A stretch of DNA of 32,282 nucleotides, from assembly GCA_964531615.1 (NCBI GenBank), contig CAZHEJ010000004.1:1-32282 (forward strand), given 5' to 3'. Positions 7,756-14,459 of this stretch are shown here, in pieces. Source of the DNA: an uncultured Gammaproteobacteria bacterium (GTDB taxonomy: Bacteria > Patescibacteriota > Patescibacteriia > Magasanikbacterales > UBA922). The position numbers and the translations under genes are program-made. Below the pieces are notes generated by a model that worked only from the letters and a program-made list of their open reading frames with translations, had not been told where the DNA came from and did no database searches. Within the stretch, counting starts at the first letter, position 1, and each line of letters begins with the position of its first letter.

Positions 7756-8831
7756 AAAAAGAGATTCTTCTCTCCTATTTCCCCAAAATAACGCCTAAAC
7801 GTTACCATGACCTGGTGGCTGTATTTGGTAATTTAGACAATGCATGGCAAGCCAATACTGATGAACTGCGTCAAATGGGCTGGGATGAAAAACTGGCATT
7901 AGAATTTATTGAATGGAAGAATGACGTTGATGAAGAAAAAATCGCCAAAATACTTGAGCAGGAAAAAATCTATTACTTAACCAAGGAAGATGATGATTAC
8001 CCAAAATTGCTGAAAGAAATTTATGACCCGCCGTTCTGCATTTTTGCGCGGGGAGAAATGGAAAATGTAAATTTTCCGCTGGCAGTGGTTGGCACTAGAA
8101 AATACACCGCCTATGGAAAACAGATGGTAGAAGAATTAGTGGCTGGGCTGGCTCTTCAAGGCATTGAAATTGTAAGCGGGCTGGCCTTTGGAATAGACGG
8201 CCTTGTCCATGAAGCTACATTGCAGAACAATGGCAGAACAATTGCTGTGCTCGGTTCAGGCATAAACAAAAGCCACATTTACCCGGCTGCCCATAAACAG
8301 CTGGCAGAAAGAATAATTGAAAACGGCGGAGCAGTGATTTCTGAATACCCGCCCGGCACAATACCCAGCAGGTTCACTTTTCCGCGCCGAAACCGCATTA
8401 TTGCCGGCATGACTATGGGAACTCTGCTCATAGAAGCGCCTGAAGATTCGGGCGCGCTCATTACCTGCCAATGCGCGCTGGACAGCAGTAGGGAAGTTTT
8501 TGCCATTCCTCACAGTCTAACCTCGCCGACTTCTGCCGGCCCGAACAATTTAATTAAAAACGGCGCCCATTTAATCAGCGCTGCGCAGGATATTTTGGAA
8601 ATATTGAATCTGCAAGACATTAAAAAATTCATTGCCAATCAGGAAATTATTCCTGAATCGCCTATTGAAGCAAAAATACTGGAATTTGTTTCGCGCGAGC
8701 CATTGCATATTGACGAGCTGGTTAAAAAAACAAAACTTGACAGCCCGGCGATAAATGCTACACTAACATTCATGGAAATGAAGGGAAAGGTGAAGAATCT
8801 GGGAGGGATGATGTATGTTTTAGGACGTTAG
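7752..8831 (+). CDS. dprA: DNA-processing protein DprA/Smf
   Basis: ATGA overlap with pth. Motifs VVGTRKYTAYG...GLAFGIDGLVHEA...VLGSGI...RNRIIAG, with a C-terminal winged-helix-like tail. Confidence 0.9.
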   Translation: MKKEILLSYFPKITPKRYHDLVAVFGNLDNAWQANTDELRQMGWDEKLALEFIEWKNDVDEEKIAKILEQEKIYYLTKEDDDYPKLLKEIYDPPFCIFARGEMENVNFPLAVVGTRKYTAYGKQMVEELVAGLALQGIEIVSGLAFGIDGLVHEATLQNNGRTIAVLGSGINKSHIYPAAHKQLAERIIENGGAVISEYPPGTIPSRFTFPRRNRIIAGMTMGTLLIEAPEDSGALITCQCALDSSREVFAIPHSLTSPTSAGPNNLIKNGAHLISAAQDILEILNLQDIKKFIANQEIIPESPIEAKILEFVSREPLHIDELVKKTKLDSPAINATLTFMEMKGKVKNLGGMMYVLGR

Positions 8832-8837
8832 TTATCT

Positions 8838-8883
8838 GTCATTCCGAGCGTAGCCCGCCAGAGGCGGGCAAGCGAGGAATCCC
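8838..8883. repeat. GTCATTCCGAGCG...AGCGAGGAATCC hairpin element with an extra inner hairpin
   Basis: gtcattccgagcg-tagcccgccagaggcgggca-agcgaggaatccc. The outer arms match the copy at 28169-28194. The inner hairpin is GCCCGCC-aga-GGCGGGC. Confidence 0.6.
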
Positions 8884-8890
8884 TTTTCAA

Positions 8891-8955
8891 AAATCCAAAT
8901 TACAAATAACAAATTACAAACAAAATTCAAATTCCAAACTATTAAATTTCAAATT
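8891..8955. repeat. Degenerate A-rich 7-nt tandem array
   Basis: In 7-nt register: ccaaatt acaaata acaaatt acaaaca aaattca aattcca aactatt aaatttc aaatt. Confidence 0.5.
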
Positions 8956-8967
8956 ATTTTTATGTTG

Positions 8968-9044
8968 TAATAAATGTTTAATAAATGTCTAATATATTTT
9001 TAATATTTTGTTAATATTTGTTTCATATTTGTCTAATATTTTAA
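8968..9044. repeat. Seven tandem 11-bp units (TAATAWWTGTY) ending 4 nt before the ATG at 9049
   Basis: taataaatgtt taataaatgtc taatatatttt taatattttgt taatatttgtt tcatatttgtc taatattttaa. Confidence 0.75.
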
Positions 9045-9048
9045 TCAT

Positions 9049-9726
9049 ATGCAAAACGAAAAAACTAAAAAAGCAATTTTCATCGTCATATTCATTCTCC
9101 TCGGCTTCGGTCTGATGCAAATCCCCTTCACGAAAATCATCGGTTCCAGCCTGAAATTTTCCCTCTTTGACTTCTACGGCCCTATTGCAGGCGCTTTTGT
9201 AGGCTCAATTTTGGGCTTTTTAACCGTATTTGCCATGCAAGTGGCAAATTGGGCTTGGCACGGTTTTGCGCTTGATACAGCCACGATTATACGGTTCCTG
9301 CCAATGTTTTTCGCAGTGCTTTATTTTGCCAAAAAATCCCGCTGGATGCTGCTCGTTCCCGCGCTCGCCATGATTGCTTTTTGGGTCCATCCAGAAGGCA
9401 GGCAGGCGTGGTATTACGCGCTATATTGGCTTATTCCAATCGCTTGCTATTTCTTTTATGATAAATTCATTTTTGCCAAAGCGCTGGGAACAACATTTAC
9501 CGCCCACAGCGTAGGCAGTGTCTTGTTTCTTTACGCGCTCAATCTCAAGACCGCTGTTTGGATTGGCCTGATTCCGGTTGTCTGGAAAGAGAGAATGTTA
9601 ATGGCAGTCGGAATTACTTTGACTTTTATTCTCTTCAATTATCTGATGAGCTTGGTTGAAAGCAAATTCCACATCAAGCTTCCGTTTGTGAAATTGAATG
9701 CGAAGTATTCAGTGAATAGAAACTAA
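9049..9726 (+). CDS. Polytopic membrane protein, function unknown
   Basis: 225-aa ORF with about six hydrophobic segments (e.g. AIFIVIFILLGFGLMQI, GPIAGAFVGSILGFLTVFAM, MLLVPALAMIAFWV). No family recognised. Confidence 0.7.
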   Translation: MQNEKTKKAIFIVIFILLGFGLMQIPFTKIIGSSLKFSLFDFYGPIAGAFVGSILGFLTVFAMQVANWAWHGFALDTATIIRFLPMFFAVLYFAKKSRWMLLVPALAMIAFWVHPEGRQAWYYALYWLIPIACYFFYDKFIFAKALGTTFTAHSVGSVLFLYALNLKTAVWIGLIPVVWKERMLMAVGITLTFILFNYLMSLVESKFHIKLPFVKLNAKYSVNRN

Positions 9727-9754
9727 AAAATTAAGAAACTAAGAAACTAAAAAC

Positions 9755-9782
9755 AAAAAAGACGCCTTAACCGGCGTTTTTT
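9755..9782. terminator. Small bidirectional rho-independent terminator
   Basis: aaaaaa-gACGCC-ttaacc-GGCGT-ttttt: A-tract, short GC stem, T-tract. Confidence 0.5.
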
Positions 9783-9797
9783 AAAAAAGGGAATCCG

Positions 9798-9828
9798 CAC
9801 TGTCTCGTTGCCACAAAACGAGACAGTG
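9798..9828 (-). terminator. Perfect 12-bp hairpin downstream of the G+C-rich ORF
   Basis: cactgtctcgtt-gccacaa-aacgagacagtg. On the minus strand a T6 run follows after 9 nt. Confidence 0.4.
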
Positions 9829-9853
9829 TGGAAAAATGGTGGGAAAGAACGAC

Positions 9854-10285
9854 TCAAGAATACTGACAAAGAAAGAGTATGCCAAATCCTCCTACCAAGT
9901 AGACCGGCAACAACCACGAAAAAGAAATTTTTTCTCCCTTAGCGACGGTGGCTACGAAGGCGGGGGCGAAGATGGCGGTGAGGATAATGCCTGAGGCGCA
10001 GAAGCCGACGACTTCGCCGGTGGGGGAGAAGAAGGCGGGGGCGCCGGCGAAAGCGGCGTCGACGAAGGCACCAGCGAAGGCAACAGCGGTGACGGCGGGG
10101 GCGGGGGAGAAGGCGACGGCGAAGACGACGCCGACGGGGAAGACGACGCCGACGGCGAAGACGAAGGTAGTCACAAAATTCGCTCCCAGCCATACTGCTG
10201 CCACCAAACCAATACCACAAGAAATGAACGTAGTTAGTACGACCGGTAGTGTTAGTACGGCCGAAAGAACTATCTTTTTCTTCAT
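9854..10285 (-). CDS. G+C-rich, extremely hydrophobic A/V/F/G/P-rich small membrane or secreted protein
   Basis: It has its own promoter and a strong SD (next feature). N-terminus MKKKIVLSAVLTLPVVLTTFISCG is signal/lipobox-like. The centre uses almost only GYC/TTC/GGC codons and contains an 18-nt tandem repeat at 10118-10168. Confidence 0.6.
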   Translation of the reverse strand: MKKKIVLSAVLTLPVVLTTFISCGIGLVAAVWLGANFVTTFVFAVGVVFPVGVVFAVAFSPAPAVTAVAFAGAFVDAAFAGAPAFFSPTGEVVGFCASGIILTAIFAPAFVATVAKGEKISFSWLLPVYLVGGFGILFLCQYS

Positions 10286-10290
10286 AAAAT

Positions 10291-10341
10291 CCTCCTAAAA
10301 AATCCTATCCTCACCTTACCACAATTCCACTCTTTTGTCAA
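10291..10341 (-). promoter_or_regulatory. Promoter plus Shine-Dalgarno of the G+C-rich ORF
   Basis: Minus strand: TTGACA (10336-10341), 17 nt, TGG-TAAGGT (10313-10318), then AGGAGG (10291-10296) 5 nt before the ATG. Confidence 0.55.
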
Positions 10342-10401
10342 GGGTCATTTTCTGATATTATACTTACATGTTTATCATCACCTCGGCGCTTCGTTTATCA
10401 T

Positions 10402-11043
10402 TCAGCCCCGTAGGGGCAGAATGTTAATCAGGCAGGCAGTTTACTGCCTGCTGATAAATGTGGTGTTTTAATAGTCCCGTAGGGACGGCTGAAATATGTC
10501 AAACACATACTCAAATATATTGTTTCATATAGTTTTTAGCGTTAAAGAAAGAAGATGCCTCCTTTCCTATGACCTGCGAAAACGGCTATATCCATATATA
10601 TGCGGCATAGCAAATAAAAATAATTTCAAGATAATCGCCATTAATGGAACCGATAATCATATTCATATTTTATTATCATTAAGGCCAGACATGCCCATCG
10701 CCAAAGCTGTCCAACTGATAAAAGGCGGCTCGTCAAAATGGATTCATGATAATTTTTCAATGCTAAAATTATTTGTATGGCAGGAAGGTTATGCCGCTTT
10801 TACGGTCAGCACATCGCAGATTGATATGATAAAACAATATATTGCCAACCAAGAACAACATCATAAAAAAATAAATTTCCAGGAAGAATATTTGGAATTT
10901 CTAAAGAAAAATAATGTTGATTTTGACGAGAAATATCTTTTTCAATGATTTGATATCAGCCGTCCCTACGGGACTTGCACCTAAACGTCATTGTTAGCAG
11001 GCAGTAAACTGCCTGCCTACTGTCAAATAGTCCCTACGGGACA
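10402..11043 (+). mobile_element. IS200/RAYT-type unit: Y1 transposase bracketed by ~90-nt inverted arms, each holding three hairpins
   Basis: agtcccgtagggacggctga (10473-10492) has its exact reverse complement at 10956-10975. caggcaggcagtttactgcctgctg (10429-10453) pairs with agcaggcagtaaactgcctgcct (10996-11018). The outer hairpins are gccccgtaggggc (10405-10417) and gtccctacgggac (11030-11042). Confidence 0.75.
10496..10948 (+). CDS. Y1 (HUH) tyrosine transposase, IS200-like / REP-associated (RAYT) type
   Basis: MSNTYSNILFHIVFSVKERR...DNHIHILLSL (HUH)...WQEGYAAFTVS (catalytic Y region)...YIANQEQHHKKINFQEEY. Confidence 0.9.
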   Translation: MSNTYSNILFHIVFSVKERRCLLSYDLRKRLYPYICGIANKNNFKIIAINGTDNHIHILLSLRPDMPIAKAVQLIKGGSSKWIHDNFSMLKLFVWQEGYAAFTVSTSQIDMIKQYIANQEQHHKKINFQEEYLEFLKKNNVDFDEKYLFQ

Positions 11044-11054
11044 CATAAAAACTT

Positions 11055-12398
11055 ATGAATTATCCTCAAGCCTCAAAATTCCTCCTCTCATGGGCCAAAT
11101 TGGGAAGAAAGGAATACATGTCTGACCCGAACCAATGCTCAATTTATTTAAAGCGCCTGCAATTTTTTTTGGATTTAATAGGCAATCCTGAAAAATCCGC
11201 CCAAGGCGGACAAGTCCCCCACTATATCCACGTTGCCGGCACAAGCGGAAAGGGTTCAGTGTGCTTGATGCTGGATTCAATCCTGCGCCAGAACGGATTT
11301 AAAACAGGAACAATGACCTCGCCTGACACAGGCATTTTGCAAACCCGTTGGCAGATAAACGGCAAGATGATGACAAAAAACGAATTTGCCAAAATCCTGA
11401 CTGAATTAAAGCCGAAATTAGAAAAATATCTCACAATATCTCCCTATGACCCTATCTCCCACTTTGAATTAATGACTGCCATCGGGCTTTACTGGTTTGC
11501 AAAACGCAAGGTTGACTGGTGCGTTCTGGAAGCAGGATGTGGAGGACGCTATGATTCAACAAATATAATTCCGCGCAAAGACATTGCTGTTATAACAAAT
11601 ATCGGCCTTGACCATACAGATATTCTAGGAAAAACAAAAGAAAAAATTGCGCATGAGAAAGCGGGAATAATTAAGAGAAACTGCGCAGTATTCACTGGTG
11701 AACAAAATAAAAAGGTGTTAAATATAATCCAAAATGAATGCCGCAAACAACGGGTTTCTCTTAAAATTTTTAATTTAAAATTTTTAATTTTAAAACAATT
11801 TTTAAATAAATTAATTTTTAAATATCAAAACTGCGAATATTTAATACAGGCCTTGGGTCAACACCAAATTAAAAACGCAATTCTCGCCATTGAAATTGCC
11901 AAAGCTCTAAAAATCCCAGAAACAAAAATTAAAACTGGATTAGCCAAAGTAAAACTGCCGTTGCGGATGGAGATTATTTCCAGAAAACCGCTGGTTATTC
12001 TTGATGGAGCGCATAATCCGGACAAAATGCGAACAACAGTAGAGACAATAAAAAAGATTGAAAATTGGAAATTGAAAATTGAAAATTTACATTTGATAGT
12101 GGGCTTTAGCGCTGATAAAAATATCAACCAGATGATAAAACAGCTCTCCTCTCTTAAACCGCAGACGATCGCCTGCACCCGCTACACGCTTAATCCATTC
12201 CGCCAGCCGGCTGACCCCAAGCTGATAGCTAAGACATTTAAAGAACTTAAACTAAAAACTAAAATTAAAATTTTTAATAATCCCAAACAAGCTTTTAACT
12301 GGTCTAAAAAACAACAAAAAACTGGCGACATTTTACTCGTCACTGGTTCAATGTATCTATCTGGAGAGATAAAAAAGTTGACTTTTCTGTCAAAATAG
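11055..12398 (+). CDS. folC: Folylpolyglutamate synthase / dihydrofolate synthase-like Mur ligase
   Basis: HVAGTSGKGS P-loop, EAGCGGRYDSTN, GLDHTDILG, LGQHQIKNA, LDGAHNPDK. Carries three in-frame repeat tracts (listed separately). Confidence 0.75.
   Translation: MNYPQASKFLLSWAKLGRKEYMSDPNQCSIYLKRLQFFLDLIGNPEKSAQGGQVPHYIHVAGTSGKGSVCLMLDSILRQNGFKTGTMTSPDTGILQTRWQINGKMMTKNEFAKILTELKPKLEKYLTISPYDPISHFELMTAIGLYWFAKRKVDWCVLEAGCGGRYDSTNIIPRKDIAVITNIGLDHTDILGKTKEKIAHEKAGIIKRNCAVFTGEQNKKVLNIIQNECRKQRVSLKIFNLKFLILKQFLNKLIFKYQNCEYLIQALGQHQIKNAILAIEIAKALKIPETKIKTGLAKVKLPLRMEIISRKPLVILDGAHNPDKMRTTVETIKKIENWKLKIENLHLIVGFSADKNINQMIKQLSSLKPQTIACTRYTLNPFRQPADPKLIAKTFKELKLKTKIKIFNNPKQAFNWSKKQQKTGDILLVTGSMYLSGEIKKLTFLSK
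11196..11212. repeat. Small hairpin TCCGCC-CAA-GGCGGA(CA), in frame in folC
   Basis: tccgcccaaggcggaca matches 16 of 17 nt of tccgcacaaggcggaca at 3906-3922, on the same plus strand. Here it is translated as SAQGGQ, just upstream of the P-loop. Confidence 0.6.
11761..11826. repeat. 66-nt almost pure A/T tract with 14-nt periodicity, in frame in folC
   Basis: ttaaaatttttaat ttaaaatttttaat tttaaaacaatttt taaataaattaatt tttaaatat, with a single C. Read as LKIFNLKFLILKQFLNKLIFKY. TAA occurs repeatedly in the other two frames. Confidence 0.6.
12056..12090. repeat. 7-nt tandem array ATTGAAA x5, in frame in folC
   Basis: attgaaa attggaa attgaaa attgaaa atttaca, translated IENWKLKIENLH. Confidence 0.8.
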
Positions 12399-12416
12399 CT
12401 TATGATGTAAGGCATT

Positions 12417-14435
12417 ATGAAAACACTGGTCATCGTAGAATCGCCGACAAAAGCAAAAACAATTTCAAAATTTTTAGGCAAGGGATTCATTGTTGAATCC
12501 TCTTTTGGGCATATCCGCGATTTGCCGGAAAAAAAGATGGGTGTTGATTTGAAAAACGGCACGTTCCTGCCTGAATATGTAGTGGAGAAGGCAAAACAAA
12601 AAACCGTTAATAAAATCAAAGAGGCGGCGAAAAAAAGCAATGAGATTATATTCGCCACTGACGAAGACCGCGAAGGCGAAGCAATTGCATGGCATCTTGC
12701 TTTTATCCTGAAAATTGACCCTGAAAAAGCCCAAAGGATTGTTTTTCATGAAATAACCAAAAATGCCATAGAAAACGCGCTTGCGAGTCCGCGCCAGATA
12801 GACCAGAAGCTGGTTGACGCCCAGCAGGCGCGCCGGGTGCTTGACCGCTTGGTTGGCTATGAACTCTCGCCTTTCCTCTGGAAAAAAGTCGCCAAAGGCC
12901 TTTCTGCCGGCCGTGTTCAATCAGTTGCCGTGCGATTGATTGTTGAGCGCGAGCGGGAAAGGCAAAATTTCAAGTCAGAAGAATATTGGACAATTACTGG
13001 CAAATTCTTCCCCCCTCGTAGGGGGGAATTAAAGGGGGGTTCTTTGACTGCCCAATTATACGCGATTGACAATAAAAAACTTGATAAGTTTGATTTGAAA
13101 ACCAAAGAGCAGACTGACGCGATTCTTGAAAATTTAAAAAATGCTGAATATGCTGTTTCTGACATAAAAAAATCAGAAAACAAGCGCACCCCGCCTCCGC
13201 CGTTTACAACTTCAACTCTCCAGCAACAGGCAAACCACAAGCTGGGCTATTCATCAAAACAAACAATGATGCTGGCTCAACAGCTTTATGAAGTCGGGCT
13301 TATCACCTACATGCGCACTGACTCAACCAATCTGTCAACAAATTTCGCGGGTGAAGCCCAGCAATTCATTAAAAAAGAATTCGGCGATAAATACGCGCTT
13401 GATAAATTCAGATTTTACAAAACAAAATCCAAAGGCGCGCAAGAAGCGCATGAGGCAATCCGCCCCACCGACATTTTCCGCACTCCTGATTCGGTCAAAG
13501 ACTATTTAAGCGCACAGCAATTAAAACTTTACACTCTTATCTGGAACCGCGCTTTGGCAACGCAAATGAATGAAGCGCGCTTGAACAAAACAACTATCGA
13601 CATTATCAATCTTAAATCTGAAATCTTAAATCTTCAATCTGTCTGCACTTTCCGCTCCAATGGCCAGACAATGATTTTTGACGGCTGGATGAAATTGTAT
13701 CCTGAAATGATTAATGAAGAAATTCTGCCTGAACTTGAAATTAAAGACAAAGTTGACTGCCAAGAATTAAAGCCGGAACAGCATTTTACTGAACCGCCGG
13801 CCCGCTATTCGGACGCGACTTTGGTAAAAATAATGGAAGAATACGGCATTGGCAGGCCGTCAACTTACGCGCCGACAATCGCGACAATTGAAGGCAGGAA
13901 ATATGTTGAGCGCGATGAAAACAAACGGCTTAAGCCGACTGAAATAGCGTTTATTGTGAATGACTTGCTGGTAAATCACTTCAGCCAGATTGTTGATTAC
14001 AAATTCACTGCCCAGATGGAAGAAAACCTGGATGAAATCGCCGAAGGGAAAAAAGACTGGCAGCCGATTATTTCAACTTTCTATCATCCATTCCATGAAA
14101 ATCTGGTGAACAAAACCTCGGAACTTTCAAAAAAAGAGCTCACTGAAGAAAAAACTGACGAAATCTGCGACAAATGCGGAGCGCCCATGGTAAGCAAAAC
14201 TGGCCGGTATGGCAGATTCCTCGCATGCTCTGCTTTTCCAAAATGCAAAAATACCAAGCCATTGAACGGCAATGGAAAGAACAGCGGCGCGGAAATGACT
14301 GATGAAACCTGCGACAAGTGCGGAGCGCCAATGGTGATGAGAAAAAGCAGGTATGGCAAATTTCTCGGCTGTTCAAAATACCCTGAATGTAAAAACATTA
14401 AAAAAATTTCCAAAAGCACAAACCCCTCTGAATAA
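12417..14435 (+). CDS. topA: DNA topoisomerase I with two C-terminal C4 zinc ribbons
   Basis: MKTLVIVESPTKAKTISKFLG...TDEDREGEAI (Toprim)...ITYMRTDS (active-site Tyr region). Two copies of CDKCGAPMV...GRFLACS/GCS..P.CKN. Confidence 0.95.
   Translation: MKTLVIVESPTKAKTISKFLGKGFIVESSFGHIRDLPEKKMGVDLKNGTFLPEYVVEKAKQKTVNKIKEAAKKSNEIIFATDEDREGEAIAWHLAFILKIDPEKAQRIVFHEITKNAIENALASPRQIDQKLVDAQQARRVLDRLVGYELSPFLWKKVAKGLSAGRVQSVAVRLIVERERERQNFKSEEYWTITGKFFPPRRGELKGGSLTAQLYAIDNKKLDKFDLKTKEQTDAILENLKNAEYAVSDIKKSENKRTPPPPFTTSTLQQQANHKLGYSSKQTMMLAQQLYEVGLITYMRTDSTNLSTNFAGEAQQFIKKEFGDKYALDKFRFYKTKSKGAQEAHEAIRPTDIFRTPDSVKDYLSAQQLKLYTLIWNRALATQMNEARLNKTTIDIINLKSEILNLQSVCTFRSNGQTMIFDGWMKLYPEMINEEILPELEIKDKVDCQELKPEQHFTEPPARYSDATLVKIMEEYGIGRPSTYAPTIATIEGRKYVERDENKRLKPTEIAFIVNDLLVNHFSQIVDYKFTAQMEENLDEIAEGKKDWQPIISTFYHPFHENLVNKTSELSKKELTEEKTDEICDKCGAPMVSKTGRYGRFLACSAFPKCKNTKPLNGNGKNSGAEMTDETCDKCGAPMVMRKSRYGKFLGCSKYPECKNIKKISKSTNPSE
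13008..13041. repeat. C6-TCGTA-G6 palindrome plus AATTAAAGGGGGGTT tail, in frame in topA
   Basis: ttcccccctcgtaggggggaattaaaggggggtt, translated FPPRRGELKGGS. Same architecture as the intergenic element at 32203-32235 (CCCTCCCC-TATGA-GGGGAGGG-TTAGGGTGGGGTT). Confidence 0.7.
13608..13642. repeat. 7-nt tandem array AATCTTA x5, in frame in topA
   Basis: aatctta aatctga aatctta aatcttc aatctgt, translated NLKSEILNLQS. Confidence 0.8.
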
Positions 14436-14459
14436 AAATCAGATAGTAAAATAATATAT

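Noticed and set aside
9025-9038. 14-nt identity atatttgtctaata between the 11-mer array (9025-9038) and the adk 3' end (30193-30206)
   Set aside because: It is an A/T-rich 14-mer in an AT-rich genome, and the second copy is ordinary coding sequence (..LLDKY-stop). Chance is a sufficient explanation.
8838-9044. Possible CRISPR array in the repeat-filled dprA-downstream spacer and in the heptamer tracts
   Set aside because: The periods are 7 and 11 nt with no unique spacers between units, the units are degenerate, and there are no cas genes. These are simple tandem repeats.
9939-10298. Plus-strand K/A/T/P-rich ORF (9948..10298, histone-H1-like low complexity) and minus-strand Arg-rich ORF (9939..10220) overlapping the G+C-rich gene
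   Set aside because: They are open only because the region is purine/pyrimidine-skewed and stop-poor. The plus ORF needs a GTG start with no SD or promoter. The hydrophobic minus-strand frame has a TTGACA-17 promoter, AGGAGG, an ATG and downstream hairpins.
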